Part shown: positions 24,281-37,480 of the stretch, one piece after another
Layout of the letters: each line of letters starts with the position of its first letter
How positions within the stretch are numbered: position 1 is the stretch's first letter
Origin: Lama glama
Lineage: Eukaryota
Reading direction: 5' to 3'
Length of the DNA stretch: 64,000 bases
NCBI GenBank assembly: GCA_028534125.1
Contig: CM052817.1
Location: forward strand, 72,728,001 to 72,792,000
Program-made: the position numbers and the translations under genes
Notes under the pieces: model-generated
Databases searched by the model: none
What the model was told of the DNA's origin: nothing
Seen by the model: only the letters and a program-made list of their open reading frames with translations

Positions 24281-26059
24281 ATACTGGAGAGAAGATGGCA
24301 TTTTTCAGTTTTCAAAATTTCTTTGTTTAAAAGTTTATTTTCCCCTAGCAGATACTTTAAAAGAAATCATCTTACAAGATATTTTCTTACCTTGAAGCTG
24401 TTTGAATGCCTATGTAAAGAATTCGTTCACTCCTTTCGGAAAATTGCCACAAATCTCTAATTGTTTGACCTGGGTAGGGTTCACATGCCAGGTCATAACC
24501 CTCATGCTTTTAATTATTTAATTGTGTTTCTTCCTTGATTTGGCATCTGACTTCTCCCACCTACTGAGAGCATGTGTCTCCTCTGTATTTTGCTTCCCAC
24601 CAAGATCAGACTTGCCCATGACCTATGAAGTAACCTGAACTGTGTTATATTTTTAAAGACCAGTAGAGGAGACAGCAATGATTGGGTGCCCTCAAAATTT
24701 TGCCCAGTGGTCTGACATCATTGATATTCCCTGGGCCCATTTCAGCATTTGACCAATTACTCTTCCCATTGAGACATGCTGAAACAAAATACATTATCTC
24801 AATAATTACTATCTTCAACAACCTAAAATTAAGTATATTATTATAATACTGTGGTACAATGAGAAAGAAATTCCTCTAAGAAAGTTGAGGAGACACTGTG
24901 CTAGGGTGCTAGGGAAGTTATACCATACAAGTAGAATAATTTTTTAGAAAATATGTTGCAGGAAATAATTGCAGGAAAAAGGTCTATCATGCCTCATGAA
25001 ACAACAAAGCCCTCTTTTATTCCCTTTCTAAAAGAAGAAAGAAAAAAAAACTAAAACTAAGCATAGTTCTAAATACTGTCATTAAAGATTGTGTTTAAGT
25101 TTTAATTTCTGCTTATTTAGCAATGCATCCATTCTTAAATATACAAATCATCACTATTAAAAATACAGCATCTCCCTAGAAAGTGAGTAGCTTGTTATAA
25201 CTAGCTAATGTTGCTTTGTAAACCCAAAACCTTTTAGTAAGTTTACATAAAAACTCTGATAAGGTCTTAAAAACATCTGTGAAGAAGTTCACACAATGCA
25301 GTAATACCCAAGGAGAATTGTCGACAGTAGCTTCTAACTGCCTGCCAAAGTCCATGACTTTTTCAAGATTATGGAAGACCATTCATTTTGTTTTCATAAA
25401 CTTAAAGATGACTTAACCAAATCCCCTAACGGTAGTTAATGGTTCTTAATTATATGATGTGGAAAAAAAAGAAGAAAGCCTTATTCCCTGAAAGGCAGTA
25501 TTATTACTAAAATTGCCTAATCTTATATGACAGTAAAATTAAAAGATGACACAGCAAGATGGAAAAAAATACCCATGAAGTGGTTAAATAACATCCAAGT
25601 TTTCACTTTTCTGTGCCAAGTTTTACTTCGCAGAACAAGTCTCAGTTGCATACAATTTCAGGGAAACATGAAATTAAGTTTTGGAAACAGATTTCATGGT
25701 TAAAGAACTTAATCCACAATCAGTTCTTCTTTATGTATTTATGAGGATACATTTTGCATCATTCCTTGAATATGCTAGCATTTCCATGGTTAAAATTTTG
25801 ACTTCAAAGTTGAACAGCAATATAGCCTATTTCAAGTAATCCCGATTGCTATACCAATATATCTAATAATATTTTAACAAGAATAAAAACAAACACCTAG
25901 CTTTCAAGGATTCTATAGGATTTAGAATATGAACATGATAAGCATACCTGAGATTGCCTATACCTTTTCCTTTGGGGCCAAGAACTCTATTTCTTTCAAA
26001 CTTGTGTAAACACACTGGCTGTTCAAGGGTTTCCAGTCCTCATCTATCTTGTTACCTTA

Positions 26060-26320
26060 TAAAATAAGTGCTATTTATTGAGTGCCAAGTATGTATTCAC
26101 CTAATTTTTTTTATTTGACATCCCTGAAACTCTATGAGATTGATATTACAGTCCCTTTACTAAAGATAAAGAATTTAAGGTTCATAGAAATTAAACTATA
26201 TCCTCAAAATGCACAGACTCCACGGAAACAGGGTTCAAATCTCTCTTCTGTTCAACAGGGATTCAAATGCACATCTGTCTGACTCTAAAACTTAGCCTCT
26301 ACCCTACACAATGCTGCTTT
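26060..26320 (-). mobile_element. MIR SINE
   Basis: atttattgagtgcca...ctctatgagattgatattacagtccctttactaaagataaagaa...ggattcaaatgcacatctgtctgactc. Confidence 0.7.
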
Positions 26321-26359
26321 TCATGTATCCAACTCTCCATTTAACTGTCCCACCTTAAA

Positions 26360-26473
26360 TTAGGTGACCATATATTCATTTTGTATAACTGTCACATAGC
26401 TTATATATTAATAGTAAGCTCTGCTTCATTTAAAAATTGTCCCAGTTGAACAATAATTTATATGGTCACCTTA
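26360..26473 (-). mobile_element. MER94-like hAT-Blackjack MITE
   Basis: Terminal inverted repeats taggtgaccatata ... tatatggtcacctta. Confidence 0.75.
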
Positions 26474-26479
26474 CCTTTA

Positions 26480-27190
26480 AGTGAATACATATGAAACAAT
26501 GTATATCATTTTTACCATCTCCCAAAATATGCCCCCTATTATTATATCCTTTCACACTGTGGATGGCACATAACCTCCATTCACCTGCACAAGCCAGGAA
26601 TCAAGAGATAATTCTTAACTTCTCTTTTTCCGTCATATCCAATGTCACCATGTCCTTTCTTCTCTTCTTATTATCTTTCAAAACCAGCTTTTGTCCGGCT
26701 ACAATTTCACTGTCTTAGCTCTGACTCTCATAATTTCTTTCCTGGAGTTTTATAAAAGTTCTCAACTGATATTTTTACCTACATTGTAAGCTATCTCTCA
26801 ATTCAATCTTTACATCGCAATTAGTGTGAACTTTCAGAAGGACACATCTTATGTAGTCATCCCAATTTAAAATCCTTAAATGGTTCCTTAGAGCCTTCAG
26901 GTTAAACTCCAAAGCCTCCTCTGGACTCTTAAGGCCCTTTGTTAATTGTCCCTTGAGCTTAGCTCTCCATCCTAATCTCTCACTACTCTGCCTGTCACAG
27001 ACTACATCTCACCCCACTGAATGTTCTATAGTTACCAAAATATGCTGGCTTGTCTCTTGTCTTTATGCCTTAGCACAGATTGCTTTCCTATTTGTTCCTT
27101 CTCTCTTCTCACCTCCTCCTAATTTTCACACCCTTCAATATACAGTTCTAGCATCCCCTCCTCTAATTGTCTTCTGATTAAACTCTTGCT
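26480..27190 (+). mobile_element. L2 LINE fragment
   Basis: Pyrimidine-rich L2 sense motifs: ccattcacctgcacaagccaggaatcaagagataattctt, tttaaaatccttaaatggttcc. Confidence 0.7.
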
Positions 27191-28707
27191 TAGTACAGCA
27201 CTGGACACACAGCATTCAAGGGATATGTTGTCATTATTGAGCTGAGCTTTGAGATCCCTCTATTTCTGCCCATTTCTGGTCTCCTAAGTGTCATTGCCTT
27301 GGGTGATGGATGGTGAAGTGGAGGTCTGCTTCTCCTCTTTCAAGATGTTCCCATGTCCTTTTCCCCACCACCTGCAATGTCTCCCAATTGAAATTAAACT
27401 CAAAAAAAGAAAGAAAAAGGAAAACAAAACAAAACAAAAAACTTATGTCTTATTATTTGCCAGCTCCCACTCAGTTTAGGTTAGATTTTTTTTTCCTTGA
27501 AGCTCCATAACATCCAGTGCCCAACCCCATGACAGTATAATGTTTCCATTACTTGTCTCATTGACTAGGCTAAAAGCTCTTTGAGGCAGAGCTTTTATCT
27601 TTTAATTCCAATATTCAGAACTGGACCTGGCAATAGTAAGTATACAACAGATTTTTATTGTTAATAATAATAGGACATTTGTTTATTGAACAGGATTAAT
27701 TGAAAGATGACCATTACAGTGCTGAAGAAAGGTAATATATGAGGTTTAATGTATTTATGATTTTTATAATACACACTTGAAAATCTGAGAACTACAGATA
27801 TTTTGTATTATGAAATTACAAGTTTCCTTTCTTTTTTAAGCCATAATAAGCAACTTTGATTTATAATAATATCTATTAAGATGAAGAAGTCAGAATTTCA
27901 GAATATGAAACATAGAATTGAGTCTAGTGATTTTCAACCCATCATTTAGCATTTGATCAAAGTCATACTCAGATCCCCAGAATATAAACAATTTATTGTA
28001 TAGCTGTTGCCCAAGAGCTGAAGGAATGGGAAACTGCCAATGTATGAAGGGCCTTGGTACTTCTGTTCCTCTGGTCTCTTCTCACTGGGCCTAGAGAGTC
28101 TAAGGCTCTGAATAATGCACAGTGGTACAGAGTCCAACCTAGTCTAAAATCTTACATGACAAAAAAAGAAGCTAAAGCCTTGAGAAGGTTGTGATCTTCC
28201 CAGGAATACTGAGTGGTGTAAGACGAGACCTGAGTCTCCAGGCTCTTAGGCCTACATTTCAATCATTGTTTCACACTGCTTCTAAAAGGAGAACAGCTTA
28301 GCTTGGGAGCACCAGAAAAATGTTCCTATTGCCTAGGTAAAAGTATTTAAAGGGACAATAACAGTACTAGGAAATGTGGACACCAAGAAGTGTTAAAACG
28401 AATTACAGTGAAAAAAAATTTGTGTTACAAAGCACATTGCCTATGACGCTGATGATATTTGACCAGATACTGTGAACTGCAGGCTGCCAGGTGCCCTAAA
28501 TCTTTCCTTATGTCAAGTGTTCAGCATAGCTTTTTATGTAATTTTCCCCCATAACAAAGTCAATGAAAAATAATAGTAATATTAATTTGATAGAACCCCA
28601 TAAATATATCTCCTCTTTGAATCAACAGTATTTTGGCAGCAAAATTATAGCACCAGGTGACAATGGGAGAAGCCTCATTAAAACTGGCCATAAATTGCAT
28701 TGGTTCT

Positions 28708-29124
28708 TATTATGGGTCAAATTGTATGCTCTCAAAATTCATATGTTGAAATCCTAACCCCTAGCACCTCAGAATATGGTCTTATGTGGAAATAGGGTTA
28801 GTGCAGCTGTAATTAGTTAAGATGAGATCATACCAGATTAAATAAGGCCTAAACCAACATCACCAGTGTCTTTATAAGAAGGGAAAATTTGGAGACACAC
28901 ACACAGGGAAAATGCTATGTGAAAATTAGAGTTCTGCTTCCACAAGCCAAGAGTGAACAGAAGCTAGCAGAGATTCCTGAAAAAGATCCTTCCCTAATGC
29001 ATTAAGAGGAAGCACATCTCTGCTGACACTTCAATCTCAAGCTTCTTGTCTCCAAAACTGGGGCAATAAATTTCTGTTGTTTAAGTTTGTGGCATTTTGT
29101 TACAGTTTCTTGCAAGTTAATACA
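28708..29124 (+). mobile_element. MaLR solo LTR (MLT1A/B-like)
   Basis: Start tattatgggtcaaattgtatgctctcaaaattcatatgttgaaatcctaacc, end aataaatttctgttgtttaag...gttaataca. Confidence 0.9.
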
Positions 29125-30339
29125 ATTTTTGATTTTCAGTCACTCACAAGGGGAATTCTTCTCAGTCATCTAGTTGAATAAGTTACATGCCAAAAATTAG
29201 ATCTTTTTACTTAAATTTTCAAGTTGTTAGAACTTAATCCAGAAAAAATAAGTAAATAGCAGTACAAACAATTAGATAATGTCTGTATGTAGAGGATGAA
29301 TTGAATACAGAATCATAAAAACACAGACTGTTCAATGTGCTACAGAAATCTGGAGCCCAGTCATACTGTTCTATTATGACTAAGCTTCATATAACTAAAC
29401 GTAGAACTTTATGACCTTCACATATTTCTTTTACCCCATTTATCATTGTCTAATTGCCACATTTAAAAACTTTATTTCCACTATTAGACTACAATATTTT
29501 TAAAAAGTGTAGAAATATTCCAACGTAAGATTTCCTTTATCTCTACTCCCTACAATTCTCTGGCTTCTCCTCTTATGTACAATTTCCTACAAGAAATTTG
29601 ACCCCCACAATAAGCCTTGTAAAAAAATAATGACAGAGATATATTAAATATTTTCAAAGGCTTGTTTTAGTTTAAGCAGTGATTTCAAAGGTAAACACTT
29701 TGTCAAATTTCCACATTTAGCTGTCTGTTAACAGATTGCTATCAAACTAAATGTCAAAACATAATCAAACTCACATTTTATGATTTAACATGTCATAAAA
29801 CCATTCAGCTGGATTCTATCAATATGAAATTAGTCCTCTAAAAACTAAATATGTGTTCACCAATGATTTTTACCTTCTTTCAAAATTAGTAAACATTACT
29901 TATTTTATGAACCTCATATATACTTTAAGAAGATATCTGTATTTTAATCAGACAATGAAATCAACTCCTTTATAAACAGAAATAACATTTGAGTGTTCAT
30001 TTTTCTTTCTTCTACAAATATATGAACCAGGGAAGAGGACTGCTCCCCTTCCAAACATTATTTGAAAGTTGGCTCTGTATTTTTCAAGAGGCATGTCCCT
30101 TCTCTTTTAAGTTTTTACTTCTGTCTTATGTTATAAATACGTCAGTGTCACTCCTTTTGTACCATGAGAAAATGACCAGCACTGTGGTCCAGGTGACCAT
30201 CTTTCCAACTCTTCAAGAACTATGTTGGTCATTGCTTTCTCATAGGAACCCCTCCTTAACAGTGCAAAGATTAAGAATCTCCCAATTATTATATAATCAG
30301 CTCATAATGGGAACTGGATAAGTCTAGACAAATCATTTG

Positions 30340-30680
30340 ATTTAATTCATTTCAATAAATATGTATTCATTAAGTGACTCCTATGTGTCCTCATTTTGCT
30401 AGGCACTGAGTAACAGAGACAGAAGGAAATTCTAAAGAACTTACACTCTAGAGACAGATAAATAAACATATATTGATATAATGAGGTAAGAAAAGAGATA
30501 ACAATCCACGCAGAGTGCTATAACACCTAGAGAAGGGTGATATGAAGCCCCTTGGCCTGTCTAAGAGTTGTTCACAGATTTCCTGGAAAAGATAGACCTG
30601 AGCTAATTTCAGGACAGTTGGAAAGATGGACAAAAGTTTGGTCAGCAGGAAAGGTGGGAAGGTTCTCCCAAGCACTCCTA
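30340..30680 (-). mobile_element. L2 3' fragment
   Basis: ttcatttcaataaatatgtattcattaagtgactcctatgtgtcc...tgctaggcactgag. Confidence 0.65.
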
Positions 30681-30709
30681 ATGGAGTGAAATAAAATAAA
30701 ATAGAGAAG

Positions 30710-31055
30710 TGTGGTCAAAATGTGGTTTCTCTGAAGTGGACACTAAGTGTGGGGTATTATTAGGAGTAATCCCTGTGGAAGGGAGCAGAAGAAGGTAGAG
30801 CTGGGTAGAGAGGGAAACTGAACTGTGACACAAGATGTCCAAGCCTCTGCCAGCACTATGGAGAGCTTTGGAGCCAGGTATTTATATCCTTGCCTGGCTC
30901 TGTCACCAGATGCAGGATGTCCAGAGAGAAGAGACCTTGGGCAAGGCAGCACTCTGAAGTTGAGGCAATGAGAGAAGTGGCTGAGAGCTGGAGTCAACTG
31001 GGCAGCAAGTCCTTCCTGGAAAGGGGTCCAAACAGTGTCTCCATGTTTACCAAAA
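30710..31055. mobile_element. Old ERVL-class LTR (LTR16-like)
   Basis: GC-richer ~350-bp block (ctgggtagagagggaaactgaactgtgac...) resembling LTR16-type sequences. Subfamily and strand are uncertain. Confidence 0.5.
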
Positions 31056-31159
31056 ATGTAAACCTAGTAGATGTCTGGTATATTAGACTGTAAATTTCCA
31101 GGCAGTAAATGGTAGGAAAAGAAGCTGAAAAAGTAAATTTTCAAAGTCTTATTCCCACA

Positions 31160-31325
31160 ACAATGTGCTAGTCTTGCTGGGGAGAGCTGACTATGTTCAT
31201 ATCTTCCCAACTCTACATTCAGTGACATTACTTTGGTATTTTGAAATCATCTTTGATAAAAGTATTTGCACTATGGAAATTGGCAAAAGTTACAAATCAA
31301 GGCTTTATTTTTCTGAGAGCCATTT
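31160..31325 (+). mobile_element. MER63A-like hAT-Blackjack MITE
   Basis: tcttcccaactctacattcagtgacattactttggtattttgaaatc...ggaaattggcaaaagttacaaatcaaggc follows the MER63 consensus as I recall it. Confidence 0.75.
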
Positions 31326-34300
31326 TTCCTTCCTGTGTCCATAAACCCAGGTTTGAACCATGATGAGTTTAAGCCCTGGGTAAGATAGCACTCTATATAA
31401 TCTGTTTAAAATAGGAGTGGTCATAGGCCAATAACCCCCAACTCTTTATGTTGAGATATGTAAAGATCCTTCCCTTTTCATTTCTATTCCTGCCACTAAC
31501 CTCAAATCTGCTTTGATAAGTTGCAGTAGTTTTAAAGGATAATTCATTCATGACAAGTATTCTGTTTTCACACATATTTAAGAATATGTATTGAAGGCCT
31601 ACTATGTGTTAAAACTAACTAGGTACTGAGAATTCAACAGAAAGTAAACAACAGACTTAGTTCCTACTCTTAGAATTTATAGTTGAGATTATATATTTAT
31701 TTTGTAATTAAATAAATCAAATAAATTACAAAATAAATACATAATCACAAATGGTGATTATAAGGAAAAGACAGAGTAAAAGATATTTAAATATCTTTGA
31801 TGTTTTAACTTACTATATCACCTAAGTAATATAAAACAAAACATTATGCTTTAGACTCTAAAAATTAATGATATAGTTTCATAGAAAGCCAATTATAATT
31901 ATTTTTAAGAAATTCTATCTTATCCACTATTATGAAAGCCTGGCAGAATATTGATATATTTTTTCCAAAAATACCCATATATGCACCTTGGTGATGACAG
32001 TGCTTCACTTGTTTCATTTACGATATCACCATATTCATATGCTGTATCATTAAAATATAGACACAGAAAATTTTGAATTTATGAATGAATAGTATCAAAA
32101 ATTTTTCTCCTTAGGCCACTGTTATTAACTTTGTAAAGAATGTCTCATGTAAGAAGCATAAAATTACAAAACAAACCCTCAGCTCTAGCATTCAGTTTTT
32201 TCTAAACTGCCGACTCAAAGATTATTAGTATAATTCTCTGGTTAGGATGAGACATTTGGCAAAGAAAATGCAGGTTCTCACCTTCAAATTCATATTCCTG
32301 GGCTGATTATATGGAGAAAACATCTGAATTCTATTTATTATTTCTATTTTAAGGAAAAAATAAAATTTTGTTCTTGGAAAAGGCTGAGACTTATGCCTGA
32401 TCTATATTTAACAATATATGAAAGAGAAATTGAACATCTATTTATGGTACCACATTTTCTATGTGGATTCCTATCCATGATGAGCATGCCACTAAAAGTA
32501 CATATCAAAATCCTGTTTTAGAGGATTTGGAAAGTAACACTTCTATTTGTGACACCACAATTATGCACTTGTGGATTCTGATCAAATAAAAAATAATTAA
32601 TCCAGGACAACCTGCCTCTACTTCCTATGGTCAAGATTTAGACTGAACAAGATTTTGCCATTTTTAATATCTATTATCTTCACACCAAAGTCATTACAAA
32701 ATACATGTCTAGAATCAGATGAAAATTTATAAGTGTTTCCACTGTGGATTGCACCAAAGAGTTAAAACACCCCAACGCATTATACATATATTCATACATA
32801 GGGCCAAAGGGATACCATTCTCATTTTTCATCATCAAGGCATTTATAAGACTTCTATCTTCTTTTGCTTTCATGACCTCTAGCCAGAAAGGCCAAAGTAA
32901 ATAAGGTCAAGATAGATGTCAAATCAAGCAATTACTAAACAGGGAACTTGGCTGTGACCCTCAGATTAGAAATGGTGACCTGTCACAGCAACAGGGGAAA
33001 ATCTTCCTGTAACTCCTTCTCTCATTTTATGAAATACAATCTAGATTTCAGCCTAGACTGAAAAAAATTGATATCCTTCATTTGCGTTTTAATTTTTTCC
33101 ACCATTCACATTGGGGTTGTCCTCCCATCTTCTCCTTGGCTGTAGGCGCTGAATTGTAGACACTCGAGAGGAAAAATTAGTGGGAATTGGGAGCAGCAAG
33201 GGACAACGTGCCTATCATGAAAAATGAGAATGACCCAACACAACACAAAATGTTGTAATATTACTTTTATTCATGTAACTTTACTTGGATCCGCATGAAA
33301 TTTAGATAATTTGCAAAACAGCAGTGATCTCAATCAATAATACTCATATTTTTTTTTCAGGGGCCAGCTACAGTAACAACTTTTTGAAATATTCTTTGGG
33401 AGGTAACTAAGATTCACAAATTTATTTATATATCTGGACTCCTGTAATCTCTAGAGTCTAACTGCTTCCTCTTTGGTTCCAAAAAGATGCAACTCTTCAC
33501 TTCAGAGAGTGAAAAATGTTATCTTTACTACCTGTGTTAACGTTATAGCCCACATTCACTCTTGAATTCCTCCACTCCTTAAACGTCCCATCCTTCAGAA
33601 GACGTATATTATTAGACTTCTCATTGTCAAAACAGAAAAAGAAAAGGTTTACCTATGAATTTCAAGATGAGGCAGAAAAAAAGAAGGGAACTCTAAGTCA
33701 CAGCAATAGTTTGATAATGGAGTCTTACAAAGAGACCTCTTCCTTTTCCTTTTCCAGCCTGACTTGCCACAATGCACAAGGGACTATTAGCAATTAAACA
33801 AAAGATACCTCAGTTACATTTTCTGATAAATTATTAAATTCAGTTGAATTAATGGATTTGGACTGTTGAGTATAATTATTTCAATAGAATTAATTAAGTC
33901 AAAGAATCTCATTTGAAAATCTGACTTTGAAATAAGCAACAGAAAAAATATCAGGGCCAAAAACTAATGAACAAACAAACAAACCCCTAAAATGACATAA
34001 GCATCATTCTGTTATTGGAACACAGGCCTGTAACTCCACTGAGGAAGAATTATCCAAGAAAAAAAATTTTTTTGAAAATGAAAGTCTTACTTTCATTAGC
34101 GAACTTTAAACATTGACCCTAAAGGAAAAATATGCATGTATCATTTTAAGGTAATTTTTTTTCAGACTCCACCCAAATCCAATTCTTCACTGAAAAAAAT
34201 AAAATAAAATAATTCAAAGATTTTCTTTGCTGCACATTACTAAAAAATGAAATAAAAGGAAAAGTTCCCATATCAAGATGACAGCCAATGTCAATTCTAT

Positions 34301-35524
34301 GTAAACCACACCTTTTAACTCTATTATTTTCTGCCCCTATGCTCACTGTTTTCACTTCTTTGTTCAAGGAGTCTAATCAGAGATCCTAGTGGAAAGTTTG
34401 GTCTATTATTATTGTTGTTATACCTGGTTCTTCTAGTCACCAAAGAAGCTAAAGTAGCATAAGTGCTTTGAATAGTCAGTTTAGAAAACATTATACCCTC
34501 CAGGGATTCCTTCATAGGTTACATTAATTTTGGAATATTATTTCTTCCAAAAGTGTAACACAAGGCTTCCAGCAAGGGCAGGAATGAACTAGAAATTCCA
34601 TATTATTTGTTTGAAAAAATCATCTTCACCTCTACTGAATTCATTTTTATTTACAAAATTCCCAGAGTTGAGGCTAAATAAAAGAATTCAGCTAACAGTC
34701 ATTTTGAATTACTACATCCTATTTCTCCATTGTGTCTGTGGCTAACAAACTGTGAATGAATAAGACTGAAGATGCAACCTGTGATGGCTTGACATGTTTT
34801 CTGTTTCCCTAAGAGGTGTGGCCAGAGTTTTTTAAAAAAAAAAAAAAAAAAACCTGTGTACTGAAAAATAATTGTCTAGGAGCGAGAACCTGGCATTTAG
34901 ATAGGAGTGGATTCCCTCTAAATTTTACCCCAGTGGCTCCAAGATATGAATCACAGAAAACGGGCAACTCCCTGTGGCCAGCATTCCTTCTACCCACCTT
35001 TAGTAATGCCAATTAGCCTAGGTGGGGCCAATATGGGGCTAATCTTACATACTGGACCATTTTAGTAATACTCTTTCCCTTTGGACAGGGGTCTGTGAGC
35101 TTCAGGCAAATTAAAAATAAAATTAGTTTAAGGGAAGGGAAAAGTTAGACTTTAAAGTTGGAAAAAAAATTAAAATTTAGTCAGTGTTATTCTCATGTCT
35201 TCCTTATTTCTTTTGAAAACTTTGAAATAACTCAAGGAAGCATAATAACCTTCTCTGCAATTATCACTAAGCACTGAGAATGCCAAAAGTGTGTTAACAT
35301 TTGTTTCAAACCCCCTTCTTTTTAGAAGTGTAGTTCTCAAAGAGTTAGATAAAAATAAATGCAAAATGCAAAATGAATATAGGAGACTGAAGTTCTTCAT
35401 AATGAATCATTTTAGTACTGTCCTAAAGAGAATATGTGTTAAATAGCACCTATTATAATTTTTATATACAGTTATTCTCCCAAAAATCTATAAGCAGTAC
35501 ACAAATCAATGCCTAACCTTTACC

Positions 35525-36080
35525 AAAATATTCTAATAATCATATATACAATGGAATATCATTCAGTCATGAGAAGGAAGAAAACCCTGCCATTTGAAAC
35601 AGCATGGATGGACCTTGAGGACATTATGCTAAGTGATACAAGCAAGACAAAAACAAATACTACATGGTACCACTTATATGTGAAATCTGAAAAAAAAAAT
35701 CTAACTTATTGAAATAGAGAGTAGAAAAGTGGTTGTCAGGGCCTGGTAGGGTAGGGGAAATAGGGAGAGGCTGGTAAAAAGGTATACACTTTCAGCTGTA
35801 AGATTGAATAAAGTTTGAGGATCTGATGTGTAACATAGTGACTATAGTTGATAACACTGTATTGTATAATTGAAATTTGCTAAGAGATTAGAACTTAAAT
35901 GTGCTCACCAAAAAAAAAAAAAGAAAGAAAGAAAGATAAATATGTGAGGTGATGTATGTGTTTAACTAGATGTGGGGAGTCCTATCACAATGCTTATATA
36001 AATATAGAATCACTGTAACACACATCTTAAATATCTTATAATTTTATGTCAATTACACTTCAATAAAACTGCAAAAAAAG
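35525..36080 (+). mobile_element. L1 3' end (L1MA9/L1MB-like)
   Basis: ORF 35509-35712 contains YTMEYHSVMRRKKTLPFETAWMDLEDIMLSD. 3'UTR gaaatttgctaagagattagaacttaaatg, ending caataaaactgcaaaaaaa. Confidence 0.9.
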
Positions 36081-36349
36081 CTAACAATCAATCTACAGTG
36101 AAATTATATACATGTAAAAATTCAGGACTATTTCTTTGATCCTCTAACAACCTCATAAAGCGGGAAAAGTTAGTAATTTTTCCATTTTTAAAGATGAGGA
36201 AATTGAGATTCAGAATAATTGTATCTGTGGTCTCAAGCTAATTATTGGAAGAGTAGGTTAGATTCAAGGCCTTCTGGATTCCCGCATTTCATTTCGTATT
36301 CACCCTGTCAATATGGAGTACAGCCCTCAAAGTTTTATGTAATCTGTTC

Positions 36350-37480
36350 TTTAGGAATTCAGAGGAAGCATAAGGAAGTTACTTGAGGCTTCATGAGCAT
36401 GAAGGCTTTGAGCAGAGCCTTGAAAGTAGACCAGTTAGGCTAGGTGAAGGGATAGAAGAAAAGTATGCCAGGAGAGGAAAACATAGTCAAGTAAAATTAA
36501 TAACAACAACATTTATTAAGCACATATTATCAGATGCTGTACTGAGCACTTAACCTACATTATCTTATTTTCTCCTCAATATACGCATGCGTTAAGTACT
36601 TCCTATTAGGAAACTGAGGCTTAAGAAACTAAGTAATTTGTTCTGGGTCACAGAGCTGGGAAAGGTCAGAAGCAGTACTAGATTCTAGCTCTGCTCTATT
36701 TGACACCCAAAGCCAAACTCTTTACTTTTATTCTCTACTACTTCTGGACAAAGGCATTAGAGGGAATGCGGCACGTGTGACAAACAGTCACGTTAAGAGT
36801 GGAGGAAAATACGGCTGGATAAACAGATTGGGACAAAGTTATAGAGTGCCTGAAAATTTTTTAAAAATTAGATTTCATGTACTAAGCAATGGGACCTCTT
36901 TATAGGTTTTTGAACAGGAAGAAAGACGATAAAGGGAAGTATTCAAAGAACGTCTTATGGCAGGAAGATGGAGAGAGTAAAAGATGAAGATAAGGGGGCT
37001 ATTTAGAAAACTAACCTAATGGTTCAAGTATGAAATGAAGAAGATCTAATTCAGAGTGGTCAGCGTGATCATGAATCAGAAGGAAAGGATATAGAAAACA
37101 ATTAGAAGGAATAATCAACATAATTTCATGACTAAGTAGATGCAAGGACTGAAGCAAAGGAATGATGAGTCAAAGATGACTGGATGGTTTCAAGCCTGGA
37201 GGACTGAAGAGTAAAACTGAGAGAGGAAACTGTGTTGGAAGAGCGTGAGTCTGTGTTGAGGCATGTTGGATTTTAGTGACAGGTGAGTAGGTAATTGGCT
37301 ATGAGGACTCAGTGTCAGGTATCAGAATATACAGCCATTAGAAACAATGGCTCTGCACAACAATAAAAGTTGCTGAATTCGCTGCTGAGAACATGGAAAG
37401 AGAAAAAGTAGGGCTGAGATTTTAGTCTAAGGAGTTTCTGTAAATAAGGGTGCCTGAGAAGAATGAGGAGGCACTCAGGA
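36350..37480 (-). mobile_element. L2 LINE fragment interrupted by a MIR
   Basis: ttgagcagagccttgaaag..., aagcaatgggacc...ttttgaacagg, gagtcaaagatgactggatggtttcaagcctgg. Confidence 0.65.
36500..36740 (-). mobile_element. MIR SINE
   Basis: aacatttattaagcac...aggaaactgaggcttaagaaactaagtaatttgttctgggtcacagagct. Confidence 0.8.
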
